Shown here one piece after another: positions 43,081 to 64,000 of a DNA stretch of 64,000 bases (position 1 is the stretch's first letter; every line of letters starts with the position of its first letter). The notes beneath the pieces were generated by a model. The model was not told the DNA's origin. It was given only the letters and a program-made list of their open reading frames with translations, and ran no database searches. Source of the stretch: the human T2T-CHM13v2.0 reference genome, Homo sapiens; the NCBI RefSeq assembly GCF_009914755.1, contig NC_060947.1; one strand, given 5' to 3'. The position numbers and the translations under genes were made by a program.

Positions 43081-46000
43081 AAAAATAAAACCATTATAAT
43101 CCATCTGAAGCAGACATTCCAATCATGTTGTTTCAAGTAGAGAATAGCCACTGCCATATCCAAGAAATCTATGTCCCTACATCATCTCAACTGTTTTAAT
43201 TAAGTCAAAGCTTAATCTCACCTTTCCAGCTTTATTTACAACTACTACTCCCCTACCTATACTCTATGGTCCAGCAAAACTGAGCTTTCACCATTCCCTG
43301 ATCATTTGTATGTCTCCATGTCTTTGTTCAAATTGTTTCTTCTGACTGAAAAGCATTCTTTTCCGTGCAAAAATCATATACTTCCTTCAAAATCCCCCTT
43401 AGCTGCCATTTTTTTATGCGAGCTTTACTGATCTCCCAAACTGTATATTTCTTCTTCATTTTAAGCCCATTATTTGCTAGGACTATTTTCACTGCAAGTG
43501 ACAATCCCAACTCAAACTAGTTCAAACAAAAAGGGAATTTATTTTATTGGATCACGTAATTGGGATATCCAGGTGTGGAGATGGCTTAAGCCTGACTGCA
43601 TTCTGAGTCTCAAACATTGTCTTCATCTCATAGGCTTCATCCTATAGGCTTCATTCCATAGGCAGTCTCTCTATTTGTCAGAGAAAATAGCTGCTAGAAA
43701 TACACACTACAGTTTGTTGTTCAATAACTAGAGAGCCTCTCTTTCCAGGTCCATATATCAGGGAACACTAATTGACCCTATCAGGGTCCCAGCAGGAATT
43801 GAGGGCACACTCAACCTGAGTAATTTGTTGGCAGAGTTTGGGGAATCCAACAGAGAGTTGTGCATCAATAACAACAAAAGAGAACTGTTATCACCCCTAG
43901 GCCAGAAGGGGAAGGGGTGGAAACACTTATCTGAGCCCAGAGAGGGTAGCTTTGTGGAGGAGGAGGCCACCTGATAGGTGTTGTGACTTCAGTAAAAGGG
44001 CATAACCAATTTACAGCAGCTGTGCAAGAAAATAACTGCAGGAATAAATTACCTGGCCTTATTGTCCTCCCTTCTTTTATTCTCTCTCCAAGGCTCCCCA
44101 TTGGCCAAACCCAACAAGAAAGCAGAGAAAAGGAACCCACTGATGTATTTTGTAAAGGCCAGCCTCCCAGAGATCAGAGTAGAAAAGGTTAGGTAATAGA
44201 TCTGGAAGAACAAAGATGAGAAGTGACAATGGAAAAGATGGACACACAGAGATGTTTTATAATACCAGAAATAAAATGAGTATGATAAAACATATAAATA
44301 AAATAGTATGAGTCTACAGAATAAAAAGTGATTTATTCTGCCAAAAAGGATAGGAGAAGGCATCTAGGAGATAGTGGCATTTGGGCTGTAACACATAGGC
44401 TAAATGCATGGTACAATAATGTCTAATTTTGAATGTACATTAATTTTTAAAACTAAATGCAATGAAGTATATTAATAATATTATAATTGACACCATTTCT
44501 TAGGGGGTTATTGTGTTAGACACTATGTTAGGTATTTTAAATATATTATCACTAATCCTTTGAACAACTTTGCAAGAAAAAATCTTCATTTTACAGATTA
44601 GGTAGTTGAGATTCAGAGAGGTCCAAAGACATTTGAAATATGTTTTCTATATTGAACTCCATCACATATAACTAACGTTTAAAAGGTTGTTTATTTACTA
44701 CCCACCCCATCTGTACAGTTTGAATATATTTTGGCCTCCCAAAACATTTGACACAAAACTCAACCCTTGCACTGGCTTTCACAGAATTCCAATTATACCA
44801 CACATATCATTGTTGTTTGTCTTTGTTTACGTTTTTGGTTTTGAATTTTACTGTGCATTTATGGAAACACAGGAAGGTTCACATTATACATTGCATAACA
44901 TTTAGTGACAAAAATCCCCAGTGGGCACGTGTCTCCTTACAAGTTTCCCTGGTTGCACTATCAATGTGTGTGCATGTGGGGAGGGAAGCATGGGGTGGGG
45001 GAGTGTTCTTATATTCCCTCTTTCCATCTCACTTTCAGTCTTTCTTCTTAGTGTCTACTCTTACTGACTTGGACCTCCTTCGATCCGAGATCTTTAGCCT
45101 TGGACCTGTAAATCTCACTCCTTTCTTAAGCAGTACGTCTGAAGTCAGCTTCAGTTCTTCCAAACTTTTGCAACAGATATAAGCTGCATTGTCCCAAAAG
45201 TCAGGTATGAAACTTCAAAACTTTTATTTTACTATAACTCAAATTAGCTCATGAGCCACATTTTTTCACCTGGCAAAAAAACTGAAACCAGTCAATTCGA
45301 TGTAACTCAATCACCACTAGTTTGTAAATGTGATCAGTGTAAGATTTGAACTTATCACTTTCTCCTTCCCCTTTTGTCTTCAAAACTGATTCCATTAGCA
45401 TTGTCTTGACACCTTCTTGGGGGTTCTGGAGCACTTACTTAGCTGCTTTCCATGCACCATGTTGAGGTATGCATGACATATTCAGACTACCTTGAGGTCC
45501 GCCTTCCTAAATATCTCCCACTGCCACTGCTAATCTGCCAAGGTACATCCCTATGAGACTTAGTTTTCAGGATAGCACACCTTGGGAAGCTAGACAGTGG
45601 TCTCCTGTACTCTGGGTCCTACCCTCCAAAAAGTCCCTTACTTAATGGTTGAAGATACAAACTTATGTTCTCAGCTTTGGTTTCATATAGAAATTTTAGA
45701 ATTCCAAGAAAACTTATTATCTTCAGCAATCATACTTGGCTCTTATAAATTGAAATGCATAGACCCTGAGATTATTGTGTCTGCTATGTTTTAAAATCCA
45801 TTCAGCAACTCAGTTGACTTCTTTGTTCTAAAATAAGGCCAACCTGCAAGCAAAGGCAGGGCATGTAGACATATAGAAAGCTATTTCTATTGCCGGGTTA
45901 TTGGGAAAGAGTAATGAATAAAGAAAGAGGGGCAGTGAAGATGAAACATCTCAAAATATTAGCTCACAATATTTTACATGCACATACTCAGGAGCTCAAC

Positions 46001-48707
46001 AAATAAACATCCCTAAGTTCAGTATTCACCCTCCCTAGAAAGGAGTGGAAAATTAGAAAAAATAATCATCATTCTTGTTTACACAATAATATAATAATAA
46101 TATTGAGACATAACTTGAAGTGATATTTATTTACTGGAGAAAACAAAAATTATATGTGTGGAAATGCATGTACATTTCCATATGTGTTCCATTGAAACTC
46201 TCTATATTTGCCCACTTTTATGAACAAGGCCTTGAGAAACATTAGTATAAATTGTGTTGCCTATTCTATGCTCCTAGAATGTAAGCTCCATGAGGGCAAA
46301 TATTTTGTCTGTTTTTTTTTCACTGTTTTTAATCCTTGTTGATTAGATTAGGGTCTGGAAATAGTAAGAAGTCAATAAATATTTGTTGCATGCGTTAATA
46401 CTGGAATTTAAATTGATAGCTAATAACCTGGATTATATTTTGTTTGCCCCACACAGTTTAGACAACAACAGCGACACTACCACTACCAACGACAAAAGAG
46501 TAGTTGCCAATAATATTAAATTTGGGTATTTCATGTAAAAATATAGATTTTGTTGCCTTATTGAAAACTGGGGCGCATATGGCAACACTGGATCTATATT
46601 CCCATGTGACATCTGAATTGAATAGCATATTTGCTTTCCAGTTCATCACAGTCTCCTGTGGTCCTTTGTCTCAAATAGCCCACTTCCTTCATTTACATTA
46701 CCTGACAGACCTCTGTAGTGTTTGAGTTTATAATTTCTTCTTTACACACACACACATACACGCAAACCTTATGTTGAGATAGCTGTCTATTCTTTGACAG
46801 AATGAAACAAATAGCTCATCAAGAAATGTACATTTTATCTATTTTGTGATTATTTTTGAAATTTGGAGGTACAAAACTTGTCTCCAAAATGCAAAAATAA
46901 ACCTCTCACATAGGTTTATAAAATTCACAAAAATATTCTCTATTATTTACCAATAGGACTTCCTAATTGTTTGAATCCTTCCCAAAGTGCTTTGCTTTCC
47001 AAAATCTTCAAGAAAGAGGAAAACATGATGTCCACTTACCTCCCCTGAAAATTTTCCTCAGAAGAAGAGTCATTTTTCACTTGCCCCTAATTTCTTTCAG
47101 CTCTTAAATCTGTCAGTTTATTTATTCAGCATGTTCTGTGGAGACATCTTATTTGGTTCTGCACACTTTACTGAGTGCCCTTGTAGTTTTCTAGGACTCT
47201 TCCTTCAGAACATTATGTTGAAAAAGAAAAAGAACATTATGGTGAATGGAGTGAGATGTAAGCTCACAACTTACTATTCCTCACAGACTTTATGATGATG
47301 CATTTCTATCAGACAGAAAATCAAACTCAGACTCCTTGAAGTCTAAAGGAGAATTTATTGACTTGTATAACCAAATCAATGTCAACGTCATTAGAAGTCC
47401 ACAAACAATGTCATTAGAAGTCCACTTCACTCTATTTTTCACCTCTACCTTCTGCTGTGTCCACTCCTTTTCAGTCTGTGGTGGCCCCCAGTAATTCTAG
47501 GCTCTCCCCTTCTATTGGTGAGATGGTTGGAGCAGCTTGACCCTCTCAGGCAAACAAACTTCCAACAGGGTGGCTTACTTGCTTTTCTTCCAATCAACTC
47601 AGTGAATCTTACTAGCTCTAACTGGGTCATGTGCCCATCTCTGAACTGATTACTGTGGAGATGTAAAGTTCTGGATGGCAAGGATCAAGTGGCATAAGTC
47701 TCTTCCCCTGGAGTTTGATATAGGCTTAACTCCACCCTAAGCACATAAACTGAGAGTAGAATAAAGGATAGTTCCCCAAGAGAAATTATTGTACATTTTG
47801 TCACAAACCAAGTGTTGAATGATTCTTCAGCAACATAAGTAATAGATATCCACTAAAACATTTTGATAGTAGGAAAATATTTTGGGTTACATTTTTATCA
47901 TTACTTTAAAGTTACATATAATCTCTTTCACATCTCAAAATTCAAGGCCTTTATTAATTTACATTATTTTTGTGGTTTCTGATGATTTAGAAAGAACCTT
48001 GTTTTCTTTTTTCTCAGTTCTTTATATTCATACTTTCTGTGACATATTTTCTATACTCCTGTGGTAGACCTGGATAGGATAAAGGAAGGAGCCCCTGGGA
48101 AGGGCCTTTCCCAGGAAGAAGGCCTAGGACTTAGTGCTTAAATAACATGACAAATAAGAAAGTCATAATTGGAGATTGGCTTCTTATATTTTACTATTTC
48201 TACAGCTGCCTTAGGGTACACTTTTAAAGCCTACATTTTGCTTTAGAGTTTCTCAAAGCTAAAATCATACCTAAACCACATTTTTATGGTGTTTGTGAGA
48301 AAAAGTAGAGAACAGGAAAAAAAATACTATCATGCTTATCATTTAAATTTTCCATATCTTTGAGCCTGAAACCAAAATATGTGGGGCTTAGGCAGAAAGC
48401 TTACTGGAGGGCTACTGGAGAAAGAGTTACAACTGAGCTAGGATGACTAACATTGCTCTCCTGGGTATGGGTAACTGGTTCCAACTCTGCTAGAATCTGT
48501 ATCTAATTCTCAAGTGTTCTATTTGTGGTTGTAGGCCAGGATGCTAGTTTCTTCAGAAAAGTGGAATAAGATTCAGAAAAAGAGGCAGACACCAAGTCAA
48601 ACTGAAATTACATGTGGATTTAAGAGAAAAAGAATGCAGCTGATAAAATGAAAATGCAGGTACCTATGAATCTTGCTTCAGGCCTACTGAACTCCGGTTT
48701 TAGGGTA

Positions 48708-49390
48708 AGAGTGCTCAAGCTTAAGCACACATCAAAATCACCTGAAGAACTTGTTAAAACAAAGATTCCTTCTATAAAGAAAATGCGGTATGTATACACA
48801 GTGGAATACTATTCAGCCATGAAAAAGAATGAAATTCTGTCATTTGTGGCAACGTGGAAGAGTTTGGAGGATATTATGTTAAATGAAATAAGTCAGGAAC
48901 AGAAAGATATAAATAGTGCATGCTCTCACTCATATCTGGGAGCTAAAAAATTTGAGCTCATAGAAGTAAAGAGTAGAATAGAATTCTGGTTATTAGAGGC
49001 TGGGAAGGGTAAAGGGGAAAAGAGGATAGGGAGAAGTTGGTTAATGTATACAAAATTACAATAATTTATTGTCTATTTCAAATAGCTAGAAGGGAGGATT
49101 TTGAACGTTCACAATACAAAGAAATGATAAATGTTTCAGGTGATGGATTGCTAATTACTCTGATTTGATCATTACGTATTGCATACACGTGTTGAAATAT
49201 CACTCTATACTCCATAAATATGTGCAATTATTATATGTGAATTTAAAAATTACTAAATTAAAAAATGCATAAAGATTCCTCATTTGGTAAATCTGGGGTG
49301 GGGACTAATAATTTGCCTGAAATTTTTTCTACAAAGTTCCCAAGTAACATTGATGCTGCTGTTCTTGGGTCTTCACTTTGAGAACTAATA
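48708..49390 (+). mobile_element. MER5A interrupted by an L1MA 3' end (about 48773-49268)
   Basis: The MITE halves flank the L1. TSD AAAGATTCCT. Confidence 0.78.
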
Positions 49391-49568
49391 GACTATGGCA
49401 ACAAGAGTAGTTACAAACTCCCATCTTCTGGTAGAAATAGAGCCCCCGGTAAAATGCCAGGCTTGGATTCCCCCTCCTGTTTTAGGAGGGGGAGAGATTA
49501 AATCTACAGTTTGAAGGTCACAAAATCTAAAACTTGATAGGGCAGAGTAAGTGGAACTGACACCTGAG

Positions 49569-49717
49569 CAGTGGTGTGCTGCAGCCTGCTCATACTAGCT
49601 TTCATGAGCCAATATCCACATCTCTTCCCAGCTCCAAGTTCAGTGATATCAAGTGGGTAACTTGAATTCAGCCTTGGTGGGAGATTTAAACCACACTTAT
49701 TTACCAGCACACCGCTG
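49569..49717 (+). mobile_element. MER63-like hAT MITE
   Basis: Terminal inverted repeats CAGTGGTGTGCTG ... CAGCACACCGCTG. Confidence 0.7.
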
Positions 49718-50777
49718 CCTACAAGTGATATTGAGTGCTGATAGGTGCATAAGATACTCTACATACCCTAAAACCCACAGACCCCATCTTTTAAGAACGT
49801 ACATTCCAAATACAATTATAGTCATCCCAGGAAAATTATGCGGTATTATTCATTCAATAACTATTTTTTAAGTACTTGCTGTATATCAAGAACTGTGACA
49901 GATGCAGGGGATACAGCGGTGAACCAGAAAAACACATTCCTTGCCTTCTTGGAGCTTACACAATTTTAAATAAAAGAAGTAACTGTAATGTGAATAATTT
50001 AACTTAAGTGATTCTGTAAATACATTAGCAGCAAATATCATAATTGTTTTAAAAACTCAAATAATGAAAAAATCCTAATAATTATCTTTATAAGCCCTGG
50101 AGCACAGTGGACTATTGTAATTATCAAAATTATTTATATCTGTTGACATTTACTATATATTTAATATGTTTACTGCAAGTATTTAGTGTGGTTATAATTA
50201 CTGTCTATCTGGCTCTCTCCTATACCATATGTCTTCAAATTTAGAAATAGCGTGGGCATGTACTGCTCCTTAGGTTAATGTTTTCTCATTTCTGGATACG
50301 GAGTTCATTGGCTTCACTTTGTGTGTGTTTTTAAAGAAGAAAACTTGTGCCATCTGGGAGAAAACAGACTTCAAGGAAAGAGGTCAAAAGGTGCTTAAAA
50401 TATTTACATTTTAGCAGAAAGAGTAAATACATGTTAATGTCAAGAAGAAAGCTTTTTAACATAGCTTAGTTTAGTCAATTATCCTGGTTTCTTTTATACA
50501 GAGTGACACATTTTAAAGAAGCAACTATTTAATCAGCAATTAGCCTTAGATATAGTAGGTATTTCGGAAGTAGGCAATGGAGATGAGGATGAATGGGATT
50601 TTAAGGAAGCTTGACATGAACATCAATGTTGCCTCTGGGCTGTAACCAAGGCACCTCTCTGTCTCCACTCTCTTGTCTGCCAGCACTTGCCAGGTTCCAA
50701 CAGGGATGTGGGAATGGGCAAGAGTCTGTGCGTTTTAGATGGTGGGTGGGTGAGGACATGTAACAGTAATATCCTTT

Positions 50778-51644
50778 TGTTAGTGGTGGAAGGTATCCAG
50801 GTTACCAGTGGCGAATCCGTATGGGTCTGTAGCAACCTCAATTCTTGCCTCCTCAGAAGAAAGAATTCAACTGAGGGGCGTAAGGCAGAAAAACAGACTG
50901 AGGCAAGTTTCAGAGCAGGAGTGGAAATTTATTAAAAAGCTTTAGAATTTTCAGTTTTTCTGTTCTGTTTTTCCCCATCTTTGCAGTTTTATCTATCTTT
51001 GGTCTTTCATGGCACATGTATACATATGTAACAAACCTGCACGTTTTGCACATGTACCCTAGAACTTAAAGCATAATAAAAATATATATATAAGTCATGA
51101 AACATATTCAAAAAAGGAAAAAAAAGCTTTACAGCAGGAAAGAAAGGAAAGTACACTTGGATGAGACCCAAGCGGGCATCTTGGAAGTCATGTGCGGTGT
51201 TTGACCTTTGACTTACAGTTTTATGTGTTGGCATACTTCCAGGGTCCTGCATCCCTTTTCCTTGATTCTTTCCTTACGGTGACCTGCCTGCATGTGCGGT
51301 GGCTTTCTAGCACTTGGGAGATGAGCATGCACAGTGGGTTTACTGGAGTCATATGCATGCTCACCTGAGGCGTTTTTCCCTTTTCTGGTGGAGTGCCCCA
51401 TGCTCAAGCCCACTCACCTAATTCCTGAGGTCTTATTGAGAAGCTATCGATCACCAACTTCAGGTGTTTTCTATCTACAGAGATACTACCTTTTCCTGGT
51501 GCTGGCTGCAACCAATGATTATTTTAGAGAGGCAGTGTGACAACTGCCTGATCATCACCTGATGATCTCCTGACTTTCCTGGTGGGGTGTGGTGGGGAGC
51601 CCTCTCCTACCCTGCTCATGGCTGACTAGCGACCTACCGTAACA
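50778..51644 (-). mobile_element. MER50-like ERV1 solo LTR
   Basis: Minus strand TGTTACGGTAGGTCGCTAGTCAGCCATGAGCAGGG...TTCCACCACTAACA. Confidence 0.8.
50941..51120 (+). mobile_element. Tiny composite L1PA insertion: inverted ORF1 start, 3' end, extra tail sequence
   Basis: TSD AAAAAGCTTTA(G/C)A at 50934 and 51121. See findings. Confidence 0.88.
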
Positions 51645-51865
51645 ATTTTACACTCTTCTCAGGGTCTTATTACTAATTTTTAAACTGCATAATTTACATT
51701 ACTTCCTCTAAGTTCTTGCCATTATATTATAGGACTACTCACAGTAAGGTCTCCAAACTGTTCCTGGTCTAAGTACAGAAACTTACTGTAAACATTTAGA
51801 AACTTTTATAGCAATTTAACAGAGTAATTTTATGTATGTTGAATACAATAATAAAACCTGGAACT

Positions 51866-52590
51866 TGACCAACGTCTTCCCATTTCCCCCACCCCTTAAC
51901 TCCTGGCAACCACCATTCTTCTCTGTGCTTCTGTGGGTTCTATTTTAGATTCCATATTTAAGTGAGATCATACAGTATTTGTCTTTCTGTGTCTGACTTA
52001 TTTCACTTGGTATAATGTCCTTCATTTTCATCCATGCTGTGGCAAATGGCAGGATTTCTTTCTTTTTTAAGGTTGAATTACATTCCATTATATATGTAAT
52101 GGACTATTCTAAGTTTTGAGTAGTCTTAGAAGATAATGGCGTATATACATATATAACATTTTCCTTTTCCATTCATCTGTCAATGGAAATTTAAGATATT
52201 TCCATATCTTGCCTATTATAAATAATGCTGCAATGAATGTGGGAACACAAATCTCTTTGAGATACTGATTTCATTTCCTACTTTCAGTTATCTAAGACAA
52301 GTACATGTGGAAGATCTAATATATGACGTAGTAGCTACAGTTAACAATACCATATTGTATACTTGCAATTTGCTAAGAGAGTAGATCCTGTGTTCTTACC
52401 AAAAAACAAAAGCAAAACCCAAATGGTAACTGTGTGAGTTAGTTGATGGATATGTTAATTAGCTTGATGGTGGTGATCATTTCACAATGTATACATGTAT
52501 CAAAAAATGAAGTTATATATCTTAAATATATACAATTCTTATTTGTCAGTTATACCTTAATAGAGCTAAAATAAACAAAAACAAAAAAAC
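51866..52590. mobile_element. L1MA 3' end with 5' inversion
   Basis: Antisense part at 51866-52279, then sense part at 52280-52590 ending in an A-tail. Confidence 0.8.
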
Positions 52591-53023
52591 TGGAGCCTGT
52601 ATTTTATGTCTTTTTTCATTTTTCTAGTAATCAATCTTATTACTTTATTACACTTTATTACTTTTATTTTATACTTTTATTACACTTTACAAAGTATCAG
52701 TCTGCAATTGGTTCCAAAATTTTAAAAAAGTTATTTCATAACAGATGGCTTGAGAATCACTGGTCTAAGTGATATTTAGACCACCTTTAAAAGTGTTGAT
52801 AAGGTGCTACTTTGGAGGACAAAGCTCAAGCAAAAGTAACCACTTACCCTGCTTCCTCTGTAGCCATACTTCTACTTTGGGGCAATTGTGGGATAGTAAG
52901 AGGCCAGTAAAGAAAAGGATATTGATTGCTACAAATGCTTGTCCTTCTCCTGCCATTCATTTCCCCCACAAAATGATTGATGCCTATGGCACACTGAATG
53001 CTGACAGCTAGAATACTCTGTGA

Positions 53024-53377
<354 letters not shown>

Positions 53378-54337
53378 TAACAGAACATTTAATTACATCA
53401 GTTTCCCATCAACCCACCACGGTCATTTAATGACGATGATTTTGTCTATTTCCAGTAATTGTCAGGAGGCTCTTCCATTAACAGTGCCCATAGTTACCTT
53501 TGCATAATTTTTCTCACCAGGCTTAGTTCATCTTCAGACTGAAAAAATCACCTCTTTTATTTGGCCACCCTGAAGTCATCAAATATTGGTCTTCTATATG
53601 TGGCATTTTTAGGCATTTTCTCAGGAACATCAAAAATCTTTGTGTACAATATTCTTAACCTCTCTTGTGAACTCTCACATACAGCCAATAATTCTTTTAC
53701 TAATTTTTAAAAGTAAATTCTCAAGTATGGTTTCTAATCACATTTTTAAAGACAGCTTCTACAGTATAGACAAAAAGCACAAAAGGTGTTCAGAGAAGGG
53801 AGAGACCATTTTGCACTGGAATGGCAGATAATACGTTATAAAGGACTTTGGGACACCCTGAAAGATAGGTAATATTGAAAGGTATGAGAGTTCAGGGAGA
53901 GCTGTAGGAGAAAAGGCATCAAGAGAGGAAGGCATGAGCCTATTAACGGAGGAAACAGTGGTGCCTGGTCCACCTTAGAGGAAGGTTAATACTGGCAATC
54001 ACGGACTGTTAGATTAGCTACGAGAAAGTTTATGACCTTAAAGCAGCCATTCTGGTTGAATGCTCTCAGCTGGGCTCTAGGAACAGTTGCTTTCAGACAT
54101 TTTTTTTTGGCAGCAATACACAGTAAGAAATGGATTTTAAATAGCAACACAATACACACATGATGTATTATGTCTACATTTCAAGAAACGCGCTTACTCT
54201 AATTACAATCTAAGTGCTCTGATACTTTCTATTGAATTCAATTTCATTTAAAAATGCTGTTACCCACTGAACTTATTGCAGTACCCGATACCCCAGTAAC
54301 CGGTGTGACCTTCAGTTGGAAAAATATTGTCCACGGA

Positions 54338-54583
54338 AGTGGTTCTTAAAAAGAGGTGATTTTGCCCCCCAGTGGACATTTGGCACTGTCTAGAAGCATT
54401 TTTCATTCTCACAAATGGTGGGGGCTGGGGTGGGGGAGGGCGGAGAGCTACTGGCATCTAGTGGGCAGAGGCCATGGATGCTATTAAACCTCAATGCACA
54501 AGTCAGCCCATGTCTCCTCCACCCCCCAACATCAAAAAATCATCCAGACCTAGTTATCAATAGTCCCAGGTTAAGAAAGTCTG
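54338..54583 (+). mobile_element. MER20
   Basis: GTGGTTCT...GGTGATTTTGCCCCCCAGTGGACATTTGGCA...CTACTGGCATCTAGTGGGCAGAGGCC. Confidence 0.85.
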
Positions 54584-54584
54584 T

Positions 54585-57557
<2,973 letters not shown>

Positions 57558-58189
57558 AGAAATTCTGTTAAAGAGAACCCATTAATAGAATGGAGGGGTT
57601 AGCTCCAGAAATTGTATTTCTATTTTTCCTTAGCAACCAAGATTCAAGTACCTTTGTATTGCCATTCCGCAACTTCCAATGAGTAGAGCTGGATAAGAAT
57701 TTACCACCTTTTTTTAAATTGCTAAGTGCCCTTAGTTCTCCTCCATAACACAAATGTACAAAGACAAGAAGTCAAAAATCCTGGAGCTGTTAATTCAAAT
57801 ACCACTTCCTATATTATTCTTAGAAATATATCCTAAGATGGTTAAGCTATCACTGTACAAATTCTAAACTTCATGAACTGGCTATACAATGGTTAGCTAC
57901 GTGTAGTTTACATTTTTTAAAAATTCCCCATTGGTGTTCTATTTGGATGGCTTTGCACATGCCAGTATGCCCTTCCTGAGGCCATGAGTAACACTAAACA
58001 TGTTAACTGCTATAAATTTTGTGACATTGTAGAACCATGAAGTTAACACTGGAGGGTGGAACAGGGAAATGGATGTAATAAAGAAAATGCCATGGTTTCT
58101 TCTATTGAGGAATTTACAATATGGAAAGACAAAAATTTGGAAAGTCAAAATACATTCAAAGGAAATAATTCATTCACAGAGCAGCATAT

Positions 58190-58603
58190 GAAGAAGTGCT
58201 CATTAAGTACTTCTCTCTTTCTCTCTCCCTCCCCTTGCACTTGAGAAAGCAAGCTAACATATTATGAATAGCCTTTAGAGAGGCACATGTAGGAAGAAAC
58301 CAATGTTTTTAGTGACCTACAGCCATCGAAGAGACCTAAGGCCTACCAATAGCCACATGAGTGAACTTTGACCTGGAACTTCTAATGCCTGTCAACAGCC
58401 ACATGAGTGAGCTTAGAACTGGATCTTCTTCCAGTGAAACATTATGACAACTGTAGCCCCAAGCAATACCTTGAGTGCAGCCTTATGAGAGACCCAGAGC
58501 CAGAGGATCTGGTTAAGTTGGGCCTAGAAACTGAAATAAATGTTTGTGGTTTTAAGTCAATTATTGTGAGGTAATTTGTTACATAGAATAGATAACTAAT
58601 ACA
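58190..58603 (+). mobile_element. MLT1 LTR fragment
   Basis: CAGCCTTATGAGAGACCCAGAGCCAGAGG...AATAAATG...AGATAACTAATACA. Confidence 0.75.
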
Positions 58604-58604
58604 G

Positions 58605-61400
<2,796 letters not shown>

Positions 61401-61416
61401 ATTTTCTTAGTTCTTT

Positions 61417-63875
<2,459 letters not shown>

Positions 63876-64000
63876 TAGTTCTTTATATGCCTAGCAATTT
63901 TCTGCTATATCCTGGATACAATGAATGTTAAATTATGAAGATTTGGGATTCTCTTATTTTTCTCTGATGAACGTTGTTTCTTTTGTTTTAGCAGGTGATT

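Noticed and set aside
46158-49497. Small hairpins (about 46159-46180, 48094-48115, 49469-49493) and short direct repeats (about 47207-47246, 47387-47423)
   Set aside because: Stems of 8-10 bp and 16-19 bp duplications are expected by chance or slippage in 64 kb. None is long enough to be a pre-miRNA.
58336-58420. Repeated AGCCACATGAGTGA unit
   Set aside because: Probably an internal repeat intrinsic to the MLT1 LTR.

Overview
Human (primate) genomic DNA, recognisable as the 5' end of CHM (choroideremia; Rab escort protein 1, Xq21.2) on the minus strand. It holds exon 1 (ATG at 34752, MADTLPSEFDVIVIGT), a ~19.9 kb intron 1, the 67-nt exon 2 (14715-14781), the first ~14.7 kb of intron 2, and ~29 kb of upstream intergenic DNA. 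The promoter has a ZNF143/THAP11 (SBS2) motif, a CLEAR/M-box-like E-box in the 5'UTR and a YY1 motif over the ATG. The rest is mostly transposable-element debris: Alus, L1s, a two-LTR THE1A, ERV1/MaLR solo LTRs, DNA-transposon MITEs and a Y3 RNA retrocopy. Almost all ORFs in the track are repeat-derived or spurious. I see no new protein-coding system. The most unusual signals are structural: a TSD-bounded 1.3 kb 'mini-L1' with its 5'UTR fused to its 3' end and pointing at CHM; a ~175 bp three-part L1 insertion primed at the ORF1 start; several twin-primed L1s; and repeated local templated or fold-back insertions. Repeat subfamily names are from memory of consensus sequences, and many repeat boundaries are approximate.
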